Shown here piece after piece: positions 1 through 8,872 of a stretch of DNA of 54,109 nt. Source of the DNA: Candidatus Omnitrophota bacterium (lineage in GTDB: Bacteria > Omnitrophota > Gorgyraeia > Zapsychrales > Fredricksoniimonadaceae); assembly GCA_903901225.1 (NCBI GenBank), contig CAIUQE010000005.1:1-54109 (forward strand), read 5' to 3'. The notes beneath the pieces were generated by a model. The model ran no database searches. It had not been told where the DNA came from and was given only the letters and a program-made list of their open reading frames with translations. Both the position numbers and the translations under genes were made by a program. Numbering within the stretch: position 1 is the first letter of the stretch; every line of letters begins with the position of its first letter.

Positions 1-56
1 CAGTTTTGAATAAGTTCTGACTTGAGGTCCATTTTGTTTATCACTTTCCATGGCAT
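1..56 (-). CDS. IS481-family-like transposase, N-terminal fragment (runs off the left edge)
   Basis: Minus strand reads MPWKVINKMDLKSELIQN from ATG at 56, preceded by the SD AAGGAGG (64-70). An MPW(K)...MD start is typical of IS481-family transposases. Not in the ORF track because it is truncated. Confidence 0.65.
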   Translation of the reverse strand, partial: MPWKVINKMDLKSELIQN

Positions 57-79
57 AGGCGTTCCTCCTTGCCATAAAG

Positions 80-130
80 TGTAAACTATGTACCCGGTCT
101 GTTTTGTAAACTATGTTACCAGTTTGTACC
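80..130 (-). mobile_element. Left end of IS481-like element with repeated transposase-binding sites
   Basis: TGTAAACTATGT occurs twice (80-91, 105-116) and is followed by ...AGTTTGTACC. Multiple subterminal repeats are typical of IS481-family ends. The terminus reads GGT rather than the canonical TGT. Confidence 0.55.
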
Positions 131-139
131 TTAATTGAC

Positions 140-175
140 ACCCGCCCCCTGCCTGCCGGCAGGCAGGGGGCGGGT
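140..175. repeat. Perfect 36-bp GC-rich palindrome (core CCTGCCTGCCGGCAGGCAGG)
   Basis: ACCCGCCCCCTGCCTGCC followed by GGCAGGCAGGGGGCGGGT, its exact reverse complement, with no loop. Confidence 0.85.
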
Positions 176-193
176 ATGGGTGGGAAGATCCGT

Positions 194-234
194 GGACACG
201 TACCAAATTCAAAGGACGAATTTGGTACATGTCC
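194..234. repeat. 17-bp inverted repeat downstream of phoU (REP-like or terminator-like hairpin)
   Basis: GGACACGTACCAAATTC, 7-nt loop, GAATTTGGTACATGTCC (one mismatch), 16 nt past the phoU stop. Confidence 0.6.
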
Positions 235-250
235 CCGTTCTATATAATAG

Positions 251-916
251 TTAAAGGCGCTCGGGATGGTGCTTGACGACTTCGGCGTTCACCATGTAGA
301 TCACGTCTTCCGCGATATAAGTGGCGTGGTCGCACACGCGCTCAAGGTAACGCGCGATCAGGAGCATCTGGACCGCCCGCGCGATCACCTGCGGGTCTTT
401 CTCCATATATTCTTCAATAAGTTCTTTCTGGACAGAATCGCGCAACGCGTCCGCCTCGGGGTCCAGGAAAAGGACTTCCTTGGCGAGTTCGCTATCCCTG
501 GAAATGAACGCCTCAATGGACATCCAGACCATTTTCTGCGACAACGCCATCAGCCGGGGAATATCCACCAAAGGCTTCACCAGCGGCTGTTCCACAATGG
601 GGATGACACGCTCGGCGATATCCACCGCGATATCGGCGATCCGCTCCAGTTCCCCGTTGAGGCGCATGCCCGTCGTGATGAACCGCACATCGACCGCCAT
701 GGGCTGGAACCGCGCAATAAGATCAAGGCAACGCTCGTCGATCACAAGCTCCAGTTCATCGACCTGGGTGTCGCCGTCAATGACCGCCTGGGCCGCCTTG
801 ATATCGCGGTTCTTGAGCGCCGCGATCGACTTGGCGACGGCTTCCTCGGCGAGAGTGCCCATCTTCCTGATCTCGTTGTTAAGTTCCGTCAGTTCTTCCT
901 GGAAAGGCTTGCTCAT
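251..916 (-). CDS. phoU: Phosphate signalling complex protein PhoU
   Basis: Two PhoU repeats (ELERIADIAVDIAE, YLERVCDHATYIAE); last gene of the pst operon. Confidence 0.96.
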   Translation of the reverse strand: MSKPFQEELTELNNEIRKMGTLAEEAVAKSIAALKNRDIKAAQAVIDGDTQVDELELVIDERCLDLIARFQPMAVDVRFITTGMRLNGELERIADIAVDIAERVIPIVEQPLVKPLVDIPRLMALSQKMVWMSIEAFISRDSELAKEVLFLDPEADALRDSVQKELIEEYMEKDPQVIARAVQMLLIARYLERVCDHATYIAEDVIYMVNAEVVKHHPERL

Positions 917-932
917 GGATCTTCTCCTAAGT

Positions 933-1694
933 TTATCCGAATCGACCGGTGATATAATCTTCCGTGCGCTTGTCCCTGGGGCGCGTGAACATGACCTCGG
1001 TGCGGCCGAACTCGACCATCTCCCCCATATAAAAGAAGCCCGTATAATCCGAAACGCGCGCGGCCTGCTGCATATTATGCGTCACAATAACGATCGTGTA
1101 ATCTTTTTTTAACTCAAGTATGAGCGCCTCGACCTTGTGCGTTGAAATAGGGTCGAGCGAGGCGCATGGCTCGTCGAACAGGATCACTTCCGGCTCAATC
1201 GCCAGGCAGCGCGCGATGCACAAGCGTTGCTGCTGACCGCCGGACATCCCCAGCGCGCTGTCATGCAAACGATGCTTGACCTCGTCCCACAGCGCCGCCT
1301 TCTTGAGCGATTCGATGACGCGCTCCTCGATCTTGCCCTTATCCTTCATGCCATTGATCTGAAGCCCGTAGGCGACATTCTCAAAAATGCTCTTGGGAAA
1401 AGGATTAGGCTTCTGGAACACCATCCCCACGCGCCGGCGCAAGTCAACCGCGTCCACATCCGGCGCGATGATATCTTTCCCGTCGAGCAGGATCCGCCCC
1501 GTCAATACCGCGTTGGGGACAAGCTCATGCATGCGATTCAAGAGGCGTATAAAAGTGGATTTCCCGCAGCCTGACGGCCCGATGATCGCGGTCACCGCGT
1601 TGCTGGCAATATCCAGGTGTATCCCTTTGAGCGCCTGCTGACGGCCATAAAAGAAATCCACGTTCTCGGCTTTCATCCTGATCTTATTGTCCAT
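933..1694 (-). CDS. pstB: Phosphate ABC transporter ATP-binding protein PstB
   Basis: Walker [25 protein letters not shown], signature [14 protein letters not shown]-terminal [10 protein letters not shown]. Confidence 0.97.
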   Translation of the reverse strand: MDNKIRMKAENVDFFYGRQQALKGIHLDIASNAVTAIIGPSGCGKSTFIRLLNRMHELVPNAVLTGRILLDGKDIIAPDVDAVDLRRRVGMVFQKPNPFPKSIFENVAYGLQINGMKDKGKIEERVIESLKKAALWDEVKHRLHDSALGMSGGQQQRLCIARCLAIEPEVILFDEPCASLDPISTHKVEALILELKKDYTIVIVTHNMQQAARVSDYTGFFYMGEMVEFGRTEVMFTRPRDKRTEDYITGRFG

Positions 1695-2553
1695 GAGCGA
1701 TCCCTTTTTTTCTCAAATTATAGCGCATGATCACCGCCGCCAGGTTCAACGTGAAGACGAGAACGATAAGGACCAGCGCCGTGCCGTAAGCAATGGGCCG
1801 GACCAGCACGATGTTATGGTGCTGGGTGGACATGATATACAAATGGTACGGCAGCGCCATGAACTGGCTGAACACGGAATTCGGTATGTCCGGCAGGAAG
1901 AACGCCGCCCCGGTGAACAGGATCGGCGCCGTCTCGCCCGCAGCGCGGGATATCCCCAGGATCGCGCCCGTCAGCATGCCGGGGACCGCGTAGGGCAGGA
2001 CATTACCCCAGATCGACTGCCACTTGGTCGCGCCCAGCGCCAGGGCCCCTTCACGATAGGCGCGCGGCACGGTCTTCAGCGCTTCTTCGCTCGCCGTGAT
2101 CGTGACCGGCAGGGTCATCAGCCCCAGCGTGCATCCCGCGGCGAGAATGGATGTCCCGAAATGGGCCGCCTCGACGAACAACGCCACCCCGAAAAGCCCG
2201 TAGACGATCGACGGCACGCCGGAAAGGTTGCGGATGGACATGCGGATGAAGCGCGTCAGGCCGTTGTCCCGGGCATACTCATTCAGATGAATGGCGCAGC
2301 CCATGCCCAGCGGCACGGCCAGAAGGCCCGCAATGATCGTCACAAAAAGCGTCCCGATAAGCGCCGGGAAAATACCGCCCTTGGTCATGCCGTCCAGCGG
2401 CGGTTGCGTCAGGAACTGCCAGGAAATGATCCCGATCCCCTTGGTGATAATGTCGTAAAAAACAATGACCAGGATCAGCGCCACGAACCCCATGCAGGCC
2501 CGCAGGGCCCAGAACCCCAGCCATTCAATGATGCGCGACGATCCGGCTTTCAT
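1684..2553 (-). CDS. pstA: Phosphate ABC transporter permease PstA
   Basis: [22 protein letters not shown] and an EAA loop. True start is taken as ATG 2553 (MKAGSSR), overlapping the pstC stop; the ORF-track extension to 2871 is spurious. Confidence 0.93.
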   Translation of the reverse strand: MKAGSSRIIEWLGFWALRACMGFVALILVIVFYDIITKGIGIISWQFLTQPPLDGMTKGGIFPALIGTLFVTIIAGLLAVPLGMGCAIHLNEYARDNGLTRFIRMSIRNLSGVPSIVYGLFGVALFVEAAHFGTSILAAGCTLGLMTLPVTITASEEALKTVPRAYREGALALGATKWQSIWGNVLPYAVPGMLTGAILGISRAAGETAPILFTGAAFFLPDIPNSVFSQFMALPYHLYIMSTQHHNIVLVRPIAYGTALVLIVLVFTLNLAAVIMRYNLRKKGIAHGQ

Positions 2554-3431
2554 CAGCGCGCCCTCGTGTGCTTGTGGAAAAATACGTCCGCGGCGAGATT
2601 GACGAAGAACGTGATGATGAACAGCATCAACCCGACCACGAACAGCATGTAATAATGGGTCGTGTGGTAGGCGACCTCGCCGAGTTCGATCGCGATGGTG
2701 GCGGTCATGGTCTTGACCGGCCCCAGGAAACTCCCCGGGAACTCGGCAGCATTTCCCGTCGCCATCAGGACGGTCATGGTCTCGCCGATAGCCCGCCCCA
2801 TGCCCAGCATGCACGCGGCCAGGATACCCGATGCCGCGGCCGGGATCTTGACCTGGATCACGGTCTGCCATTTGTTGGCGCCCAGGGCCATGGACGCTTC
2901 CTCATAGGAACGCGGGACACTGCCCAAAGCATCCTCGGACAAGCTGATGATCGTCGGCAGCGCCATTACGGCCAGGAGGATCGACCCGTTGACGGCATTA
3001 AGGCCATTGTATCTCCCGGTCAATTTACAGATCATGGGGCCCACCAGGACAATGCCCAGGAACCCCAGCACGACCGACGGGATGCCCGCCAGTATCTCGA
3101 CGATGGGCTTGGCGATCTCGCGCACGCGGGGATCGGCCACATCCGAAAGGTACGCGGCCGCGCCGATGCCAACAGGAACCGCCACCGCCAGCGACCCCAG
3201 TGTCACCATGAGCGTGCTCATGAGCATCGGCAGGATGCCGTAGGTCGGGGTGGTATAGGCGTCGGGATTCCAGCTGGGCCACTTGATCATGTCCCCGACG
3301 CTGACATCATGGAAGGCGGGCCAGGCATTCCTGACAAGGATCACAAAGATCCCCACCAGGATCCCGATAACAATGATCCCGTTCAAAAAAAAGAACCCTT
3401 CAATGATCTTTTCCTTGATCCTGCGATTCAT
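2553..3431 (-). CDS. pstC: Phosphate ABC transporter permease PstC
   Basis: EILAGIPSVVLG and GRAIGETM motifs, multiple TM segments, position between pstS and pstA. Confidence 0.95.
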   Translation of the reverse strand: MNRRIKEKIIEGFFFLNGIIVIGILVGIFVILVRNAWPAFHDVSVGDMIKWPSWNPDAYTTPTYGILPMLMSTLMVTLGSLAVAVPVGIGAAAYLSDVADPRVREIAKPIVEILAGIPSVVLGFLGIVLVGPMICKLTGRYNGLNAVNGSILLAVMALPTIISLSEDALGSVPRSYEEASMALGANKWQTVIQVKIPAAASGILAACMLGMGRAIGETMTVLMATGNAAEFPGSFLGPVKTMTATIAIELGEVAYHTTHYYMLFVVGLMLFIITFFVNLAADVFFHKHTRAR

Positions 3432-3518
3432 GAAGCCCCTTGTTTTGAAACTGTATTATTGCTGCCCGATTTTATCAGGATGTTCCGTTGTTTGAAACTA
3501 CATTAAACATAATAAAGC

Positions 3519-3576
3519 GTAGGGGCGGACCTCGTGTCCGCCCGGTTCTCCGGGCCGAGACAAGCTCGGCCCCTAC
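3519..3576. repeat. GTAG-type REP doublet (REPIN-like), copy 1
   Basis: GTAGGGGCGGACCTCGTGTCCGCCC-spacer-GGGCCGAGACAAGCTCGGCCCCTAC: two hairpins with GTAG/CTAC ends, located between pstS and pstC. Near-identical copy at 8737-8794. Confidence 0.85.
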
Positions 3577-3610
3577 GCACTATCTTAACAACCATGCTTA
3601 TCAACAACGC

Positions 3611-4483
3611 TCAAAGCCCGAACCTGGCATTCGCGTCTTTATACTCAGCGGGGATCTCGTAGAATCCTTCTTCTTCGACGATCTTCTGGCCTTCCGCGCT
3701 CAGCTCGAACTGGATGAACGCCTTGACCGTTCCAGCGGGACTGCCGTTGACATACTGGTACAACGGCCGCGCGATCGGGTATTTCCCGGACATTACCGCG
3801 GGCTTGTCGATCGGGCTGACAGCCGGCTGACCGTTGCTCAGGTTAATATCAAGAATGCTCACCCCTGCGGCCTGTTTGGCATAGCCAACACCGATGTAAC
3901 CGATGCCCGAAGGATCCGCTTTGACAGCTTCCGCGATCTGGGAATTGCCGTTCATGGTATTCATTTTGGACGAGTAATTGCCTTTCAGGACCATTTCCTG
4001 GAGAAAGCCATACGTCCCGGAATTAGACTGGCGGCCATACAGGTTGATCGGCATATCGCTCCCGCCAACTTCCGACCAATTCTTGATCTCGCCGCGATAA
4101 ATGGCGCCAACCTGATCCTTGGTCAATACTTTCACGGGATTACCGGTATTCACAATGATGCTCAGCGCGTCGAACGCGATCACGATACGGCTGGGCTTGA
4201 CGCCATTGGTCGTAGCCGCCTCGAGTTCCTTCGCGTTGATCGCGCGGGATGAATCGGCGATCGCGCACTGCTTGTTGATCATCGCCGCGATCCCCGTCCC
4301 CGACCCGCCGCCCGTGACCGAGATCTTCACGCCGGGATTCTGCTGCATGTACACCTCGGCCTCTTTTTGGACGAGATTGATGATCGTATCCGATCCCTTC
4401 ACCTGAACCATCTCGGCGGATGCCGCGCCAGCCATGACGGCCAACCCTGACAACGCTACCATGAACTTCGTAGAGTATTTCAT
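3611..4483 (-). CDS. pstS: Phosphate ABC transporter substrate-binding protein PstS
   Basis: Signal peptide ending ASA-E; KGSDT, GGGSGTG, IADSSR and RQSNSGTY motifs; SD AAGGAGG upstream. Confidence 0.95.
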   Translation of the reverse strand: MKYSTKFMVALSGLAVMAGAASAEMVQVKGSDTIINLVQKEAEVYMQQNPGVKISVTGGGSGTGIAAMINKQCAIADSSRAINAKELEAATTNGVKPSRIVIAFDALSIIVNTGNPVKVLTKDQVGAIYRGEIKNWSEVGGSDMPINLYGRQSNSGTYGFLQEMVLKGNYSSKMNTMNGNSQIAEAVKADPSGIGYIGVGYAKQAAGVSILDINLSNGQPAVSPIDKPAVMSGKYPIARPLYQYVNGSPAGTVKAFIQFELSAEGQKIVEEEGFYEIPAEYKDANARFGL

Positions 4484-4512
4484 ACTGCCTCCTTAAAATT
4501 TTATTTAAATAT

Positions 4513-4546
4513 ATGCCGGGGAGGCCTCACAGGACCGCCCCGGCAT
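4513..4546 (-). terminator. GC-rich hairpin between porin and pstS (attenuator or mRNA stabiliser)
   Basis: ATGCCGGGG...CCCCGGCAT stem followed on the minus strand by AT-rich ATATTTAAAT. Confidence 0.45.
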
Positions 4547-4554
4547 CAACCGCC

Positions 4555-5880
4555 TTAGAACTTCATGTTCCAGTCGACCTGATAAACACTGGCCGGCTTG
4601 GTCTGGTTCGATCCGGCAAGCTGGACACTGCCGGGCAACTGCCACCCGTAATAATAGTCCAACCCGAGCCAGGTGTTCTTCCCAAGGCCGAAATCCAGCA
4701 TGCCTTCATGGGACCTCATGCCTGTTTTGCCGGCATAACGATCCGAGTCAGGAAGAATATCCAGGACCGCGTCACGACCCAGCATGGCATAATTGTACCT
4801 GAGCTGCCAATCGCCGAACGCCGCGATCTTCTCAGCGCCGACCTTGAACCCGCCCATGTAACCCGTGTTACGGTTCTTCACGGCCACGTTCTGCACATAT
4901 TCACCAAAGATGCTCAAATACGGCAGGTTGATGCCAAGTGCCTTCAACGGTTCCTTGATGCTCAACTCAACCGCCGGACTAAGCTCTGTGTATTTATACA
5001 GCAACAGCCCTGTCGTGGTTCCCGTGGTATTGGAATTCGTTCCCGCGGTCCCATAAAGCTGTTTGTTGTTGGTTCCGGTGTGCATGTAGTAAGAAAGCGC
5101 ACTCTTGAGGCTGACCGTATCACTGATGCCATAAACCAAGCCAGGCTGAGCGACATACATCGTCGGGCTCGCCCATTTCTTGGCCGTGGCGGTTGTTGTT
5201 TCCGCGATGGTCAGGACTCCTGTATTAAGGAACGCATTCACATTCGGGCTCAGCTGATGCTCAAGCTTTAAGGCTCCGCCCGCCGGATTGATATCCGTAT
5301 CCCAGATCAGGTCGCCCGGTTCCCAGAGTGGATTTTTGAATTTACCCGCCGTCAATGTCGCCCACGAAACCGGCGCATATTGGGCAAACGCGTAATCCAG
5401 CGCCAATGAATACTTGGAAAACCCGTTCGTCAGCGTCTGGTTGGTCGAACGCGACTGGTCCGCGGACTCTGTGGCCACATCATCCTTACCGGTGGCCAGG
5501 CCGATACCAACGAGCAGCTTGTCATTGGGCTTGGACTCCACGCCAAGGCGCATGCGAATGCGCGTGCGGTCACCATCAGGCGTGACGGTCGTTCCCGCAA
5601 GCTGTTTGGCATGGTCATGCTGATACCTGAAACGGAAATCACCCTTCAGCTTCGTTGTCTGCACCCAGGCCGGGATCGCATCATTCGAACCTGTGGCATT
5701 CTGCTGAGCCACCTGCTGCTTCGTCTCATCGAGCAGGATCTGCCCCTCATTCGCTGACAGCACGCCTTTTTCGACGAGTTTCTGAACAAGGAGATCCACT
5801 TCTCCCGCGTGAGCCATCGGCGCGCACGTCACCAGAGCCGCCGCCCACACCACCATTGCGAACCACAATTCTTTTCTCAT
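4555..5880 (-). CDS. Putative outer-membrane porin heading the pst operon
   Basis: Signal peptide ending AHA-G, N-terminal LVQKLVEKGVLS helix, KLKGDFRFRYQ and amphipathic beta strands, C-terminal Phe (DWNMKF). Resembles the 'putative porin' (Porin_5-like) type. Confidence 0.8.
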   Translation of the reverse strand: MRKELWFAMVVWAAALVTCAPMAHAGEVDLLVQKLVEKGVLSANEGQILLDETKQQVAQQNATGSNDAIPAWVQTTKLKGDFRFRYQHDHAKQLAGTTVTPDGDRTRIRMRLGVESKPNDKLLVGIGLATGKDDVATESADQSRSTNQTLTNGFSKYSLALDYAFAQYAPVSWATLTAGKFKNPLWEPGDLIWDTDINPAGGALKLEHQLSPNVNAFLNTGVLTIAETTTATAKKWASPTMYVAQPGLVYGISDTVSLKSALSYYMHTGTNNKQLYGTAGTNSNTTGTTTGLLLYKYTELSPAVELSIKEPLKALGINLPYLSIFGEYVQNVAVKNRNTGYMGGFKVGAEKIAAFGDWQLRYNYAMLGRDAVLDILPDSDRYAGKTGMRSHEGMLDFGLGKNTWLGLDYYYGWQLPGSVQLAGSNQTKPASVYQVDWNMKF

Positions 5881-5933
5881 ACATCCCCTTTCTTTTGGGA
5901 TCTGCCACAGACATTCTGCTGGCTTTTGAGAAG

Positions 5934-5989
5934 AGAATACAATGGATGTGTTGCGAAAAAGTGGCGTTGGTGTGAACTTTGTGTGAACT
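5934..5989 (-). promoter_or_regulatory. Putative Pho-box promoter of the porin-pstSCAB-phoU operon
   Basis: Minus strand reads GTTCACACAAA GTTCACACCAA (11-bp period), then two degenerate units, then -10 TATTCT at 5939-5934. Confidence 0.7.
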
Positions 5990-6072
5990 TAACCCGGATT
6001 TTTCATTAGAAAAATCCGCCCCGTGAATTCACTTATACCAAATCATTTCGGAAAGGTGAATTCAGGGTCGCG

Positions 6073-6096
6073 TGGCAAATCCGAATGGATTTGCCA
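6073..6096. terminator. Perfect hairpin downstream of phoR
   Basis: TGGCAAATCC-GAAT-GGATTTGCCA, 10-bp stem. No clear U-tract, so function is uncertain. Confidence 0.35.
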
Positions 6097-6194
6097 GCTT
6101 TGCGAGGTAATCCCAGATTTTGCGCGCACTTATAATTACACAATATGCTTACACTATCTGTAACAGCGTGCAAAATGTGGGATCAAACAAGGAA

Positions 6195-7973
6195 TTACGC
6201 CGCGGGAAGGGTAAAACTGAAGGTCGTGCCCTGGCCCACCACGGAAGATACCCAGACTTCACCGCCATGGGCGTGGACGATGTGCTTGACGATCGAGAGG
6301 CCCAGGCCTGTACCGCCCTGGTCACGCGAACGCCCCTTGTCCACGCGATAAAACCGTTCAAAAATACGGCTGAGGTCTTCCGGAGGGATGCCAATGCCGG
6401 TATCCGTGATATCGAAGCGGATGAACCTGCCCTGCGCCACGGCCGCGACATTGACACGGCCGCCATCAGGGGTGTACTTCACGGCATTGTCCAGCAGGTT
6501 GAGGAACACCTGCGCGAGCCGGGCCTCATCGGCCATCACGCGGGACACCCCTTCTTTCAGGGCTACATTGACCGCCAACTTCTTTTCCGTGACCGCCTTC
6601 TCCAATATGGCAAGACTGCGTTGAAGGACAATGCAGGCATCGAGCCGCGCGGGCACAACCTTCATCCGGCCGGACTCGATCCTGGCCAGATCCAGCAGGT
6701 CATTGATAAGATTGACGAGCCGGTCGCTGTTCTCGTGGATTATCCCGAGGAATTCTTTCAGCGCCGCGGGATCTTCCATGGCCCCGCCCAGGAGGGTTTC
6801 CGCGTAGCCCTTGATGCTGGCCACGGGGGTCCGTAATTCGTGCGACACATTCGCCACAAAATCCTGGCGCACTTTTTCCAGCCGCCGCAACTCGGAAACA
6901 TCGTGGAACACCAGCACCGCGCCTTCCACTTTCTGCGACGGGCGGATAACGACACCGTTGACCTTGAGGTCTTTCTCTTCGGGCAGCAGGAAGGATATTT
7001 CCTGGCTGATGACGCGATCCTTGCCCTGCAACAGGCGCTCAAGGATGCCGGTGAGCGCCGTATTGCGGACCACATCAATGGCATGCCGCCCTTCGGGCGA
7101 CGCGTCAATCAAAAACATTTTACGCAAGGCCGGGTTCATCAGCATGACAAGCCCTTTGTCATTGACCAGCATGATGCCTTCAAACATGTGCGTGATGACG
7201 GCGTCGAGCCTGGCTTTTTCCTGCTCGATGTCCGTGATCTTGCTCCTGATCTCGTCGGACATGTGCGTGATCGCGCGCGCCAGGTCGCCCACCTCATCAT
7301 CAGAGCGCACCGAAGGCTTGCGGGAAAAATCTCCGGAGGCAATGGCCCTGGACACGGATGCCATTTCTTCCAGAGGCTTCGAAACGACCCGGGCGATCAA
7401 ATATGTGAAGCCAAGGCTCAGCAGGAATGCCAGCAGGAGCGCGAAACCTACGATCTTCTCCGGCCCCGCCTCCAGAAGTTCGACGTCGGAAAGCGGCATC
7501 GCCAGGCGAACGACCCCCTTGACGCCCCAGCTGTCGAAGGGGACCGCCATATAGAGAAGGTCCTTGCGGATGGTGGAACTGTAACGGCGACTGACGCCAA
7601 AACCCACCTTCACGGCATCGCGGATCTCGGGACGCCCCGCGTGATTCTCGACCGCGTGGATATTGGCATCGCTGACCTCGGAATCCCCAAGGACCACACC
7701 CCTGGTATCAACAAGGGTCACCCGCATGCCAACGGCCATGCTCATCCGGTGGGCCAGCGCTCCAGGCGCGGACATGCCGGCATGCGCCTGGATGTCGGTC
7801 TCCACAAGTTCCCGGGCAAGGGCAACTTCACGCCTGAGGTCGTTCTGAAGGTCCTGGTCAAGGAAAGTTTTTAGATGGCCGGTAAGGTAAAAATAACCCA
7901 GCGCAAGGCTGACGATGACCGCCGAACAGAGAAATGCCGTCAATTTCCAGTGAAGTTTAATCCTCATCATCAT
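6195..7973 (-). CDS. phoR: Phosphate regulon sensor histidine kinase PhoR (TM-periplasmic-HAMP-PAS-HisKA-HATPase)
   Basis: ENHAGRPE sensor motif, FVANVSHELRTP H-box, NAVKYT, IFERFYRVDK, GTGLGL. Overlaps the phoB stop. Exact start among three tandem ATGs is uncertain. Confidence 0.92.
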   Translation of the reverse strand: MMMRIKLHWKLTAFLCSAVIVSLALGYFYLTGHLKTFLDQDLQNDLRREVALARELVETDIQAHAGMSAPGALAHRMSMAVGMRVTLVDTRGVVLGDSEVSDANIHAVENHAGRPEIRDAVKVGFGVSRRYSSTIRKDLLYMAVPFDSWGVKGVVRLAMPLSDVELLEAGPEKIVGFALLLAFLLSLGFTYLIARVVSKPLEEMASVSRAIASGDFSRKPSVRSDDEVGDLARAITHMSDEIRSKITDIEQEKARLDAVITHMFEGIMLVNDKGLVMLMNPALRKMFLIDASPEGRHAIDVVRNTALTGILERLLQGKDRVISQEISFLLPEEKDLKVNGVVIRPSQKVEGAVLVFHDVSELRRLEKVRQDFVANVSHELRTPVASIKGYAETLLGGAMEDPAALKEFLGIIHENSDRLVNLINDLLDLARIESGRMKVVPARLDACIVLQRSLAILEKAVTEKKLAVNVALKEGVSRVMADEARLAQVFLNLLDNAVKYTPDGGRVNVAAVAQGRFIRFDITDTGIGIPPEDLSRIFERFYRVDKGRSRDQGGTGLGLSIVKHIVHAHGGEVWVSSVVGQGTTFSFTLPAA

Positions 7974-8655
7974 CCTGCCTGAAACGGTAGCCCGCGCCGA
8001 TCACGGTCTCAATGAGGCCCCCGGCGACGGACAATTTGGACCGCAGACGACGCACGTGCGTGTCAACGGTGCGGGTGTAGATCTCGGCGTCAATGCCCCA
8101 GACGTCGGTCAAAAGCTTTTCACGGTCCTGCACGCGGCCCCGGCGCTCCATCAGCAGGGTCAGGAGCTTGAACTCCATGGCCGTCAACTTCACCTCGCGC
8201 CCCTTGACCGTCACGCGGTGGCGCTCCTTGTCCAACAGCAGGTCTTTGGCCGCGAGGACATCCCCAGCCTCAGCGCCGGCGCTATGACGCCGCAGCACGG
8301 CTTTCACGCGCAGCACAAGCTCGCGCGGGCTGAACGGCTTGACGATATAATCATCCACGCCAAGTTCAAGGCCGACGATGCGGTCAACCTCTTCGCCTTT
8401 GGCCGTGAGCATCATCACCGGGATGCGCTTGAGATCGGGATCGCGCTTGATGGCGCGGCATACCTCAAGCCCGTCGATGCCCGGCAGCATCACATCAAGC
8501 ATGACCAGATCAACGGACGCAGCCGCCAGCGCGGTGAGCGCGGCCTCTCCGGTTACCGCGATGGCACAGGCATAACCCGCCTTGTCCATGTTGTACTGGA
8601 TCAGGCGCGCGATGTCCTTGTCATCCTCGACGATCAATATTTTTTTCTTGGCCAT
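7957..8655 (-). CDS. phoB: OmpR/PhoB-family response regulator
   Basis: REC domain (VEDD, LDVMLP, LTAKGEE, KPFSPREL) plus winged helix (RTVDTHVRRLRSKL, GAGYRF); adjacent to phoR and the pst operon. Confidence 0.9.
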   Translation of the reverse strand: MAKKKILIVEDDKDIARLIQYNMDKAGYACAIAVTGEAALTALAAASVDLVMLDVMLPGIDGLEVCRAIKRDPDLKRIPVMMLTAKGEEVDRIVGLELGVDDYIVKPFSPRELVLRVKAVLRRHSAGAEAGDVLAAKDLLLDKERHRVTVKGREVKLTAMEFKLLTLLMERRGRVQDREKLLTDVWGIDAEIYTRTVDTHVRRLRSKLSVAGGLIETVIGAGYRFRQDDDED

Positions 8656-8736
8656 AACTTATTATATTACCATACGCATATTTAATTTAAATGCCATGTT
8701 TTTATGGCAAGAAATCACATGTCAAATTTATTGTGT

Positions 8737-8794
8737 GTAGGGGCGGACCTTGTGTCCGCCCGACGTCACGGGCCGAGACAAGCTCGGCCCCTAC
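8737..8794. repeat. GTAG-type REP doublet (REPIN-like), copy 2
   Basis: GTAGGGGCGGACCTTGTGTCCGCCC-GACGTCAC-GGGCCGAGACAAGCTCGGCCCCTAC; arms differ from 3519-3576 at one base, spacer differs. Confidence 0.85.
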
Positions 8795-8872
8795 GCTCAT
8801 TTTCATCAACATTCATATTACCAGAAACCGCATTTTCACCCATCGTTTTTTCAACACCATGCCCCCGCATGT

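Noticed and set aside
2554-2871. Apparent 106-aa N-terminal extension of PstA
   Set aside because: It overlaps pstC in another frame and is low-complexity. The ATG at 2553 coupled to the pstC stop gives a normal PstA.
3444-3499. TTTGAAACT repeated twice, resembling CRISPR repeat ends
   Set aside because: Only two 9-bp matches, no full-length repeats or spacers, and no cas genes in the window.
6020-6067. Imperfect inverted repeat with GTGAATTCA arms upstream of the porin promoter
   Set aside because: Single copy with a long loop and no assignable function; the arms are short self-palindromes that may match by chance.
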